From contig JBCCQY010000009.1 of assembly GCA_039208735.1 (NCBI GenBank), positions 34,557 through 98,556 of the forward strand: a stretch of DNA of 64,000 bases, in the 5' to 3' direction. Every line of letters begins with the position of its first letter. The first letter of the stretch is position 1. The position numbers and the translations under genes are program-made. Origin of the DNA: Myxococcota bacterium. GTDB taxonomy: Bacteria > Myxococcota_A > UBA796 > GCA-2862545. The notes under the pieces are model-generated. The model searched no databases, was not told the DNA's origin, and worked only from the letters and a program-made list of their open reading frames with translations. This document shows, piece after piece, positions 26,128 to 35,391 of this stretch.

Positions 26128-27731
26128 TGCACCACCAATCGCGGATGTTGGAGGAACGCCGATAACAGCCATGCCCAGGCGGTTTCGGGGGCTCGGTCGT
26201 GGGCCAGGGTCTCGAGCAACGCCAGATCCGCATCGATCTGGGGGTCGTCGGGCTCCACCACCTCGGCCAGGATGCGGAGATGCCAGTCCACCAACTGGGC
26301 GCGGGCCGAAGCTCCCGATGTGTCGAAGCCCTGCGCGAACCAGCTTCGAGGACCTTCGAACTCCCGTCTGAGTACGGTCGCCGCGGCCTCCTCGGCGAGC
26401 CAGCGCCATCCAAGCTCGCGACTGGGCAGGGGCCCTCGATCCGGAGGGACGAGCCGCCACCCTTCGACGCCTCCCATGCCTTGGTTGAGCCCAAAGCGAT
26501 CGGTGGTCACCAGGTCCACCGTGCCAAACCCCGGGTTGGGCAGCGCGGTGAACGGGACCTGAACCAGATGATCAAGGGTGCGCACCCACTGGCGCGGACG
26601 CAGCAGGCTCGGGGGGGCGTGAGGGGACTCGGGAGCGAAGGCTTCATGAGTCGCGATGGCCAGCAACAGGGCTTTGGCATCGTGGCCACGGGTCCGGAAG
26701 TCCTCGGCAAGGTCTTGCACGAAGTCGCCTTGCACGTCTGCCCAGTCGAGCCCGACGAGGTAGCCGAAGAAGCGCTGCACCATGCACGTGGCAAATCGAG
26801 GATCTTGGGCGATCGCTTCACCGAGAGACCCGAGCCCGGAAGTGCCTCGCCCGTAGTAGCCCGGAGCCGGCAACACGCCGTCGGGCAGCGTCAGCGCTGG
26901 GTCGTACAGCTCGAGGGGATAGCAAAACCCTTCACGACAGTCGGTCCGGTAGCCGTCCCGCACCTCACCATCGAGAATGTAGCGCCGAAACCCTTCGAAG
27001 TTGGCCGCCAGGGGATCGAGCGACGCATGGCACGATTGGCAGGCGGGATCGTTCTGCAGGGCGTCGTCCTGCTGCGTGGGTTGAACGGTGCCCGCTTCGG
27101 GTCGCTGGCTGAAGTCGTCACACAGGAAGGCCTCGGCGACGATGGCCGCGCGGCTCCGTTGATGGTTGGTCGGCGCGATGGGATGCCGTTGCATCAAACT
27201 GCTGCTTGAGAGTACCCCGGCCGCGGGTCGACCATCCGTCCAGCGGCTGACTTGCCAGCCAGGGTCCGACTCGTTGACGGGCGGACCGAACGCCCGGCTC
27301 ACCACCCGATCCGCGAGCACCTCGGGGGTGGTCACGATGGCGGTGAAGGGCTGCTCCGTCTGGACGATATGGGCGATAAGCCGGAGTGGAGCGTCGTCGA
27401 GGCGCTCGATGACGGTCGCCGGAGGCACCGATGCCAAAGGACCCAGCGAAGGAACGTGCGTCTTCGCGTCGTGACGCACGCCCAACGCCTCTCCCATCAA
27501 GTCCGCCACGACCTCTGCCAACGCTGGATCGGGACGCCACGCCCGCACCTCGGCCCTCCAATCCGCCCCGTCATGGACCCGGCGTACTTCCTCGGGAGTC
27601 GGCGGATGCTCGCGCAACGCCAGCGACGCCCGCATCAAACGCTGTAGCGGAGTGGCCGCGCCCACGACCTCAGGAACGTTCGGGGGTTCCACCACAGGGG
27701 GTTCCGAACACGCAAGCAGGAAGAACAGCAT
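26124..27731 (-). CDS. DUF1588/DUF1585-like heme-binding lipoprotein (partner of the DUF1501 gene)
   Basis: GGAGGA RBS, MLFFLLA-C, AGVLSS, FLCDD, CQSCHASLDPL, PRFATCMV. Confidence 0.85.
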   Translation of the reverse strand: MLFFLLACSEPPVVEPPNVPEVVGAATPLQRLMRASLALREHPPTPEEVRRVHDGADWRAEVRAWRPDPALAEVVADLMGEALGVRHDAKTHVPSLGPLASVPPATVIERLDDAPLRLIAHIVQTEQPFTAIVTTPEVLADRVVSRAFGPPVNESDPGWQVSRWTDGRPAAGVLSSSSLMQRHPIAPTNHQRSRAAIVAEAFLCDDFSQRPEAGTVQPTQQDDALQNDPACQSCHASLDPLAANFEGFRRYILDGEVRDGYRTDCREGFCYPLELYDPALTLPDGVLPAPGYYGRGTSGLGSLGEAIAQDPRFATCMVQRFFGYLVGLDWADVQGDFVQDLAEDFRTRGHDAKALLLAIATHEAFAPESPHAPPSLLRPRQWVRTLDHLVQVPFTALPNPGFGTVDLVTTDRFGLNQGMGGVEGWRLVPPDRGPLPSRELGWRWLAEEAAATVLRREFEGPRSWFAQGFDTSGASARAQLVDWHLRILAEVVEPDDPQIDADLALLETLAHDRAPETAWAWLLSAFLQHPRLVVQ

Positions 27732-27769
27732 CGTCCTCCGTTGTAGCGCCTCCGTTCGCGACCCGCTGG

Positions 27770-28339
27770 TTGCGCTGGATCCGCGGGGCGGCCGCGTGGG
27801 CGGTCGGACTTTGGTTCGCGTCGGCGCTGGCCCTGGATCGCTACGGTGCGACCTCGGTTCCGCGTGGGACCTACGATGCTGTGGTCGTCGCTGGAGCAGG
27901 GGTTCGGCCAGGAGGGGTGCCGTCGGCCACGCTGGTGCGGCGAACGCACAAGGGGGCTGGCCTTGTGCTTGCCGACGTGGCGCCCAGGCTTGCGTTGACC
28001 GGGGGGGTTGGGGATTGGGGGCCTGCCGAGGCCATCGTGGCCGCTGAACTGGCGCGGAACTTTGGGGTTTCGCCTGACCGCATCGTGATGGAGACTCGAT
28101 CTCGGAACACCGAAGGCAACGCCTTTGCGATTCGCGAGGTGCTCGGCGAAGCTCGGGTCCTCGTTGTGACCGACCATTACCATGCCTTTCGCTGTCGGCG
28201 GGTGTTCGCTCGCTACTTCGCCGATGTCGATGTGGTCGGGGTTCGCGGCGCCTTGGTGCCTCGCGTGTGGGGAGCGTTGCGCGAGGTGGCGGCGGTGGGT
28301 TGGTACGGTTGGACCGGCCGATTGGGCCCGAGGTCCTAG
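27770..28339 (+). CDS. YdcF/DUF218 family protein
   Basis: DAVVVAGA, LTGG, ETRSRNTEGNA, VVTDHYH and LRE. Start approximate. Confidence 0.88.
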   Translation: MRWIRGAAAWAVGLWFASALALDRYGATSVPRGTYDAVVVAGAGVRPGGVPSATLVRRTHKGAGLVLADVAPRLALTGGVGDWGPAEAIVAAELARNFGVSPDRIVMETRSRNTEGNAFAIREVLGEARVLVVTDHYHAFRCRRVFARYFADVDVVGVRGALVPRVWGALREVAAVGWYGWTGRLGPRS

Positions 28340-28406
28340 CCGGGTCACGACACGATCCACAAGCGCTCGCAAAGCTCCGAAACGAAGGACATCCCACGGA
28401 GCAACG

Positions 28407-28826
28407 ATGATCTTCACGAGTCTTTTGGCCCCGCTCGCCTTCGCGAACCCGCCGACGCAGGCCCGGAACTTCGCCCCGCTGCTGCAGCGCCTGGACGTGT
28501 GTTCGACCTCGTGGCGAGAGGTTGTTCAGCGGCAGCTGAAAGCCTGGCATGGCGGAAATTCTGGCGACAAGGTCGAGTATGTGACGGGCTGGGTCTCGAA
28601 GGGCTCCCGCACCGTCCGGGTCACGCTGTGGGACTGGCAGACCGACGATGCCATCGGCATGGCGATTGCCGACCATCGCGGCCTGTGGGGGGTCAAGGGG
28701 GAGCTGGTGGACGTCGAGCCCGTCACCCTCGTGGACGACTGTGACCAGCCCACTTCCGACCCCATCTTTGCCTTGTTTGTGACCACAGTCGAGAATCCGA
28801 AGGGGTTTCTAAGCGTCATTCGTTGA
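28407..28826 (+). CDS. Secreted hypothetical protein
   Basis: GGAG RBS and MIFTSLLAPLAFA signal. Confidence 0.7.
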   Translation: MIFTSLLAPLAFANPPTQARNFAPLLQRLDVCSTSWREVVQRQLKAWHGGNSGDKVEYVTGWVSKGSRTVRVTLWDWQTDDAIGMAIADHRGLWGVKGELVDVEPVTLVDDCDQPTSDPIFALFVTTVENPKGFLSVIR

Positions 28827-28865
28827 GCCAGGTGCAGCTGGGATGAGGACGGGTGAAAGGGGAGC

Positions 28866-29426
28866 ATGGCTGACCCCGATCACATTCCGCAGATGGATGC
28901 CTTCGACCGCCTCACCGTGGGCCTGTACCGGGCTGGACTTTTGGGGCAGGCCTTGGGCCTGTTCGTTATCTCGGCGACCGAAATCGGATGGGCGGCCCGG
29001 GACGTCGGGCCATTGGCGATGCTGACCGCGGTCGCCCTTTCGGTGGGCAACCTCCATCTGTACGACAAGCGAATCCGTTGGTTGATCAGCACGTCGGGGT
29101 GGCTTGGGGCGGTGTTGGTCGTCGCCGCAGCCACGTTGCCGGAAAGCGCCTGGGTCGAGGCGCTCCTGCACTATGCAGGGCTTGGGTTCCTCTTTGTTGT
29201 GACCTCGGCGCTTGCTCTTAAAGAGCGCTTTTGTTTCCGATTGCCGGGGCTCCAAGCCGTCCCGGTCGCGTTGGCGGGGGGGGTGGCCACCGGACTGTTC
29301 GGCTTTGGAACCTTGACCGCGGTGGCCTTGGGGCTCAGCGGTTTGGTCGTGGCCTTGCTCGCCGTCGCGAAGCTCCGCATGCCAGTTCACGTCGACATTG
29401 GCAATAAGGACGCCTACCAAGTCTGA
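28866..29426 (+). CDS. DUF2301 family integral membrane protein
   Basis: MADP, LYRAGL, LHLYDK, ALKERFCF, HVDIGNKDAYQ; several TM segments. Confidence 0.88.
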   Translation: MADPDHIPQMDAFDRLTVGLYRAGLLGQALGLFVISATEIGWAARDVGPLAMLTAVALSVGNLHLYDKRIRWLISTSGWLGAVLVVAAATLPESAWVEALLHYAGLGFLFVVTSALALKERFCFRLPGLQAVPVALAGGVATGLFGFGTLTAVALGLSGLVVALLAVAKLRMPVHVDIGNKDAYQV

Positions 29427-29510
29427 TCGTATCCCTTGTGTTCCCACCTGCGGCGGCCGCCGGCCTGCGGACCCGCTAGGGTAGCGCCCTCGGTGCGGAT
29501 GGAGGGTCGC

Positions 29511-31748
29511 GTGGCGCACACATGGCGTTTTGTACGAGCAGGTGGCTTCGATCAGGTCAAACTCACTTCAGGCCAGGATTTGGTCTCGCTCGGTGACTTG
29601 GATCAGAAGCTTTGGGTTGCCCTGGCATGTCCCGTGAAGGGCCTCGAGTTTGATGCCCAAACGTTGGCGCTCATCGATTCAGACAATGACGATCGGGTTC
29701 GTGCTTCCGAGCTTATCGAAGCATCCAGTTGGGTCGGAGGCATGCTTTCGGATGTCTCCATTCTCGAAGACGGTCGCAATGGCGTTCGTCTGTCGGATGT
29801 CGATGCGTCGAGCGAGGATGGGAAGCTCTTGCACGACGCAATGGTCCGCGTGCTGAAGGATCTTGGGGCAACGGAAACGGGTGCCCTGACCGTGGCGGAT
29901 GCCGACAAGGCACGGGCTGCGTTCAACGCCACGCCATTCAACGGCGATGGGGTCATCGTCGAGGCGTCGGCCGACGGAAACGAAGGGCTGGCGGCTACGA
30001 TCCGCGACATTCTCTCGTGCGCCGAAACCCCCGCCACAGACCGGAGTGGAGAGCCCGGCGTCGATGCAGCGATGGCCGAGTCGTTCTTTGCAGAGGTTGC
30101 CGAACGAGCGGCATGGCTCGATGCTGGCGACGCCGAAGGGGTTCAGCCCCTCGGCGAGTCCACCGCGGATGCCTACGCGGCACTCACCGCCATTCAAGCG
30201 AAGATCGATGACTTCTTTGCGCGGTGCCGCATCGCGGCCTTCGATGAGCGGGCCCTGGAAGCCGTGAATCGTGAACAGAGCGAGTACCTCGCCATCGCCG
30301 CGAAGGACCTGCAGGTGACGGCCGACGAAATCGCTCACTTCCCCATCGCGATGGTTGAACCTGGCAAGGAACTGCCGCTCACGGAGGGCGTGAACCCGGC
30401 CTGGGCGGGAGCCGTCGATGCGTTGCGCTCAAAGGTGCTGGAGCCGTTGCTTGGAGAGGCCCCGACAGCCCTGTCCGAGGAGCAGTGGGGTGATGTCAAA
30501 GGCCGCTTCGGAGCCTTTGAAGCCTGGACGTCGGGCGAGGCCGCCGCGCGTCTGGGAGGGCTCGCTGCGGCGCGCATTCGTGAACTCCAGGCCCCCGCTG
30601 CGGCCGAGGCGGTGACCCAGTGCATTGAGCGGGATGCGGCAGCGGCTCCGCAGTCTGCGGCCATCGAAAGCGTGGAACGTTTGGTACGGTATGTCCGTGA
30701 CCTGATGGCCCTCGCCAACAAATTTGTGGCGTTCCGCGACTTCTACGCGCGGTCGGGCCCCGCCATGTTTCAGGCGGGAACCCTGTACATCGATCAGCGT
30801 GCCTGTGAGCTGTGCCTGGTCGTAAACGATGCAGGCAAGCACGCGAAGATGGGACCGATGGCGAGTGCGTACCTGCTGTACTGCGATCTCAAGAACGCAG
30901 CGGGCAAAAAGCAGAGCATCGTTGCTGCGGTCACCGATGGGGATGTGGACAACCTCATGGTGGGTCGGAACGGCGTGTTCTACGACCGCAAGGGTGACGA
31001 CTGGGATGCCACCGTCACCAAGGTGGTCGAGAACCCCATCAGCATTCGTCAGGCGTTCTGGTCCCCCTACAAGCGCTTTCTGCGCGCCATCGAAGGGCTC
31101 GTGGCGAGTCGCGCCGAGGCGGCCGAGAGTGCCAGTGCGGCGCGCGTCGACGCGGCCGCGGCCCAGACCGACAAAGCCGCCAAGGGCGAGACGACCGAGA
31201 AGCCATCGACGTTCGACGTGGGGACGGTCGCCGCTCTCGGCGTGGCTGTGGGTGGCATTACGGCGGCCCTTGGGGCGCTCCTGCAGGCCTTCTTCGGGCT
31301 TGGCATCTGGATGCCCCTGGGGGTGCTCGGCTTGATCTTGCTCATCAGTGGGCCGTCGATGGCCGTGGCGTGGCTCAAGCTTCGCCAGCGGAACCTCGGG
31401 CCGCTGCTCGACGCGAACGGATGGGCCGTCAACGCCCAGGCCAAGCTCAACGTGCCGCTGGGCAAAAGCCTCACCCAGGTGGCGAAGCTTCCGGCTGGAA
31501 GCTCGCGCGACCTTCGGGACCCCTACGCAGAGCGCCGGACCCCGTGGGGCTTGTTCGTATTCCTGGTTTTGCTCATTGTGACTGCGGGAAGCTGGTACAT
31601 CGGCAGTCTTGATGCCTACCTGCCGCCGCCGGCCAAGAGCACAACGGTGCTGGGGGAACTTGCCCCGGCGGCGGTCGCGTCTCCGGATGCTGACGAAAAG
31701 TCCCAGTCTGAAGAAAAGCCAGCGGCCACGGAAACCACAGAGGAGTGA
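29511..31748 (+). CDS. Conserved hypothetical membrane protein with an EF-hand-like loop
   Basis: HTWRFVRAGGFDQV, LDQKLWVALACP, DSDNDDRVRASE, PISIRQAFWSPY; C-terminal TM segments. GGAGGG precedes GTG 29511. Confidence 0.85.
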   Translation: MAHTWRFVRAGGFDQVKLTSGQDLVSLGDLDQKLWVALACPVKGLEFDAQTLALIDSDNDDRVRASELIEASSWVGGMLSDVSILEDGRNGVRLSDVDASSEDGKLLHDAMVRVLKDLGATETGALTVADADKARAAFNATPFNGDGVIVEASADGNEGLAATIRDILSCAETPATDRSGEPGVDAAMAESFFAEVAERAAWLDAGDAEGVQPLGESTADAYAALTAIQAKIDDFFARCRIAAFDERALEAVNREQSEYLAIAAKDLQVTADEIAHFPIAMVEPGKELPLTEGVNPAWAGAVDALRSKVLEPLLGEAPTALSEEQWGDVKGRFGAFEAWTSGEAAARLGGLAAARIRELQAPAAAEAVTQCIERDAAAAPQSAAIESVERLVRYVRDLMALANKFVAFRDFYARSGPAMFQAGTLYIDQRACELCLVVNDAGKHAKMGPMASAYLLYCDLKNAAGKKQSIVAAVTDGDVDNLMVGRNGVFYDRKGDDWDATVTKVVENPISIRQAFWSPYKRFLRAIEGLVASRAEAAESASAARVDAAAAQTDKAAKGETTEKPSTFDVGTVAALGVAVGGITAALGALLQAFFGLGIWMPLGVLGLILLISGPSMAVAWLKLRQRNLGPLLDANGWAVNAQAKLNVPLGKSLTQVAKLPAGSSRDLRDPYAERRTPWGLFVFLVLLIVTAGSWYIGSLDAYLPPPAKSTTVLGELAPAAVASPDADEKSQSEEKPAATETTEE

Positions 31749-31812
31749 GCCCGGAAGGGTTCACCGACGACATGTGCCCTCTGCTAGAAGGGCACCCAAA
31801 TTGGGAGGGATT

Positions 31813-32625
31813 GTGTTGCTTGCATGGATCGCTGCTGCCTTTGCCCAGACCCCCGACTTTGCCGAAGCCGTCATTCCCGCGGATGACGACTCGGTGAAGG
31901 TCGAGGTGGACGAGGCCGAAACCAAACTCACCGCTGACCTCGGCTTCACCTACGTGAGCGGCAACGCGGTGCTCGTGGCATTGAACACCGGTTTGATGTT
32001 TAGCCACCGCTGGAAGAAGAATCGGTTTGTGCTTCCGGCGACGGCGAACCTCGGCCAGTCCATTGCGGACGCCGATGGGAGTGGTACCCTCGACGATGTC
32101 GAACGCGAAGCGGGGCTGACTGAAAATGCTCGTCGAATCATCGTCGAACCCCGCTACGACCGGTTCCTTAGCGACCGCGACAGTCTGTTCTTGATCGTTG
32201 GGTTCCTTCATGACCCGTTCATTGGCTACCAGTTCCGCCCTCACCAGGCGATTGGTTACTCGCGATTGCTCGTGAAGGATGACAAGCGTGAGGTTCGGGT
32301 GGAAGTCGGCGTCGACTACGCCCAGGAATACTTCGTTGAGGGACTGGACCCACGCCGCCAGAATGTCTTCGCGGGCCGCGTGCAGGGTGTGTTCGCCCAG
32401 CAGTTCAACGAAAGTGTGGGGTTCAGCAATAAGCTCGAAGTCTTCGAAAATCTGATCGATCTTTCGGACCTTCGTTTGCTCAACACCGCGACGTTCACTT
32501 CGTCGATCAACTCAAACCTAAAGTTGAACCTGTCGCACCGGTTGCTCTTCGACAACGTTCCGGTCGAAGGTTTCCGTAAGACCGACCAAACCACCATGGT
32601 CACCTTGGTCGCGACGCTCATCTGA
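31813..32625 (+). CDS. DUF481 family outer-membrane beta-barrel
   Basis: GFTYVSGN, RYDRFL, DPFIG, FDNVPVEGFRKTD; short signal MLLAWIAAAFA. Confidence 0.85.
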   Translation: MLLAWIAAAFAQTPDFAEAVIPADDDSVKVEVDEAETKLTADLGFTYVSGNAVLVALNTGLMFSHRWKKNRFVLPATANLGQSIADADGSGTLDDVEREAGLTENARRIIVEPRYDRFLSDRDSLFLIVGFLHDPFIGYQFRPHQAIGYSRLLVKDDKREVRVEVGVDYAQEYFVEGLDPRRQNVFAGRVQGVFAQQFNESVGFSNKLEVFENLIDLSDLRLLNTATFTSSINSNLKLNLSHRLLFDNVPVEGFRKTDQTTMVTLVATLI

Positions 32626-32670
32626 CCTGGACAATTGTCGCCGGCGCGAGCCAGCAAGGAGGCAGGCAAG

Positions 32671-35391
32671 ATGCTCATACCCATCACTGTGATCGCCTCG
32701 GTCACAGCTCTGGCGGCCGACTTTACGGCCGACTTTGATTGCAGCAATGACGCGACGTTCGGTCAACCCGCTGGACAGAACGGGTGGCAGTCCGTTTGGG
32801 ACCAGGATGCCTGGTCCACCCAATTCAATGATGGCGTGTCCCCCCTCACCGACAGTGGTGTCGGAGCGTTTGGTGGGGCGGTCGACGGATATACGAATTT
32901 CCTCGTCACCGGGCACCCTTTGGTGACGGATGTGGCCATCACGGCCGACATTCGATCGACGGACGACGACTTTGCGGGGTTGGTGGCGCGCTACGCAGAC
33001 CCCTCGAGCTATTACACGTGCGGCTTCACCCGCCACCGGCTGTCTTCGTGTACCGAAGGTGGTGCGACCGTCGATCCGGGGCTCCGCATTCAGCGGGTCG
33101 ATGAAAGCGAGACGTGCGCCAACGACTACGTTGTCGCGTCCTCGGTCGAGTTCGTGCCCGAGGCGGGCGAAACCTACGCGACGCGCTTGCAAGTCCGTGA
33201 AGTCAACCAGGGCACGTTGGTCCTGTGTCGGGTGGACGCGAACCAAAATGGCCTGGGTGACTTCGGCGACATCCTGCTCACCTATCAGGATGACACGCCG
33301 CTGCCTGCGGGCCTGTATGGACTTGCGAGCTACGACAACGGCAGCAGCAACGGGGACGTCGAGTTCGATAACGTCGAGATCGATGTGTTCGGGGCCGACC
33401 GCGACGATGATGGTCTGCTCGACGTGGTCGAAGACGCCATCGGGACCGACCCCGATTCGGCGGACAGTGATGACGATGGCGTGCCGGATGCGCTCGAAGT
33501 GGGCATGCCCGCGTTCCCATTCGATGCCGATAATGACGGCACGATCGACGCCAATCAGCCCGATAGCGATAACGACGGCTGGCCCGACGGCGACGAAGCG
33601 GGGCTCGGCGAGTCCTTGCAGGACTCGGACTGTGACGGCACGCCGGATGTGCGTGACGAAGACAGCGACAACGATGGCACAGACGACGGTGCCGACAATT
33701 GCCCCACGCGCTTCAATCCTTTGCAGCTCGACCTGGATGGCAACGGTGTAGGCAACGCCTGCGAAGACGGTGTGCGGGCCGATCTTGCGTCGGAAGCCGA
33801 CTTGGATGGCCTGTCGAACGAGGAAGAACGCCAGCTCGGCACAAACCCCAACCTCGCCGACACCGATGGAGACGGTCTGAACGATGGGGCTGAGGTCCGC
33901 CTGTACGGCACCGACCCGCTCGTGGCAGACACCGATGGCGACGGCATCGACGACCAAGCTGAAATCGGCGTGTCCGATCCGAACACGGCCGATACCGATG
34001 GCGATGGCCTCGACGATGGCACGGAAGTGGCGCTCGGTACCGACCCTCGTGCGACCGACAGCGACGGCGACGGGGTATCCGATGCGGCTGAACTCGAAGC
34101 CGGCACCGACCCGCTCGTGTCCGACGACGATGGCAAGAGCCCCGATACGGACGGGGACGGCCTGTCGGACGCCCTTGAAGCGCTGCTCGGAACGGACCCT
34201 GAAGTCCTGGACACCGATGGTGACGGGATCGTGGATGGAAGCGAAGTCGCCGCCGGGCTCGAGCCGCTCGTGGCGGATACCGACGGGGACGGGATTGATG
34301 ACGGTGCCGAGGCATTTGAGGGTCTCAGTCCCCTCGATCCGGATACCGACGGCGATGGCCTGACCGACGGTGAAGAGGCCCTGGTTCTGGGCACGGACCC
34401 TCTCAACGCCGATGGCGACGATGATGGGCTGTCGGATGGGATCGAGGTTCGCGTCTTTGGCACGGACCCCCTGCGTGGCGACACCGATGGTGATGGCCTT
34501 GAAGACGGTCTCGAACTCCAGCTCAACACCCTGCCACTCGTTGCGGATACCGATGGTGACGGGCTCGATGACGGCGAAGAGCTGGTGGCGAACACCGAGC
34601 CTCGAAACCCCGACACGGACTTTGGCGGAACCATTGATGGGGCTGAAGTCGAGGATGGCACAAATCCGCTGGTGGGCGGTGACGATCTCAACGACGTCGA
34701 CAGCGATGGCGATGGCCTAAGCGATTCAGAAGAAGCGGCGTTGGGTACGGATCCCAAGTCCGACGATTCCGACCTGGACGGCCTGTTGGATGGGTTTGAG
34801 CTGCAGGTGAGCCGCACCGACCCCCTCGCGGAAGACACCGACGGCGACGGCGTCAACGATGCCGACGAACTCTCGGGGTCGACGAACCCCCGGCGGGCCG
34901 ACAGCGATGGCGATGGGGTCGACGATGGTCGCGAAGCCGCCGAGGGTGCGGATCCGAACGACGCGGACAGCGACGACGATGGTGTGCCTGACGGGGTTGA
35001 ACTCGATGTGTTCGGCACCAGCCCCACGGCGACCGATTCAGACGGTGATGGCCTGGATGACGGGGTTGAACTCGACGTGCACGGCACGGATCCGGCGGTG
35101 GCAGACACCGATGGCGACGGCCTGTCCGACAGTGAAGAGATCAATACGCACCGCACGAATCCTCTGCTGGCGGACACCGACGGGGGCGGGGTCTCGGACG
35201 GTGACGAAATCATCGCCAAGACCAACCCCCTTGACCCGAGCGACGACGTGCCGCTGCCCGAGGGGCCTCCCGGCGAGTACCTGGGTGGTGCATGTGCGGG
35301 GTGCACCTCGGGCAGCCCCACGCAGGCCGGTTGGGGCCTTGTGGCGGTCCTTTTCTTGATCGGCGCCCGACGCCGTGAGGTGCAATCATGA
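32671..35391 (+). CDS. Large Ca-binding repeat surface protein: lectin/TSP_C-like N-domain, about 27 DxDGDG repeats, MYXO-CTERM
   Basis: Signal peptide; STDDDFAGLVARY motif; repeats D[TS]DGDG[LIV]xDGxE...GTDP; C-terminus GACAGC, then TM, then RRR. Confidence 0.9.
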   Translation: MLIPITVIASVTALAADFTADFDCSNDATFGQPAGQNGWQSVWDQDAWSTQFNDGVSPLTDSGVGAFGGAVDGYTNFLVTGHPLVTDVAITADIRSTDDDFAGLVARYADPSSYYTCGFTRHRLSSCTEGGATVDPGLRIQRVDESETCANDYVVASSVEFVPEAGETYATRLQVREVNQGTLVLCRVDANQNGLGDFGDILLTYQDDTPLPAGLYGLASYDNGSSNGDVEFDNVEIDVFGADRDDDGLLDVVEDAIGTDPDSADSDDDGVPDALEVGMPAFPFDADNDGTIDANQPDSDNDGWPDGDEAGLGESLQDSDCDGTPDVRDEDSDNDGTDDGADNCPTRFNPLQLDLDGNGVGNACEDGVRADLASEADLDGLSNEEERQLGTNPNLADTDGDGLNDGAEVRLYGTDPLVADTDGDGIDDQAEIGVSDPNTADTDGDGLDDGTEVALGTDPRATDSDGDGVSDAAELEAGTDPLVSDDDGKSPDTDGDGLSDALEALLGTDPEVLDTDGDGIVDGSEVAAGLEPLVADTDGDGIDDGAEAFEGLSPLDPDTDGDGLTDGEEALVLGTDPLNADGDDDGLSDGIEVRVFGTDPLRGDTDGDGLEDGLELQLNTLPLVADTDGDGLDDGEELVANTEPRNPDTDFGGTIDGAEVEDGTNPLVGGDDLNDVDSDGDGLSDSEEAALGTDPKSDDSDLDGLLDGFELQVSRTDPLAEDTDGDGVNDADELSGSTNPRRADSDGDGVDDGREAAEGADPNDADSDDDGVPDGVELDVFGTSPTATDSDGDGLDDGVELDVHGTDPAVADTDGDGLSDSEEINTHRTNPLLADTDGGGVSDGDEIIAKTNPLDPSDDVPLPEGPPGEYLGGACAGCTSGSPTQAGWGLVAVLFLIGARRREVQS
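33394..35250 (+). repeat. Coding tandem repeats of about 22-23 aa (66-69 bp), Ca-binding type
   Basis: Recurrent gacaccga(t/c)ggcga(t/c)gg motif; about 27 units counted by eye. Confidence 0.9.
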
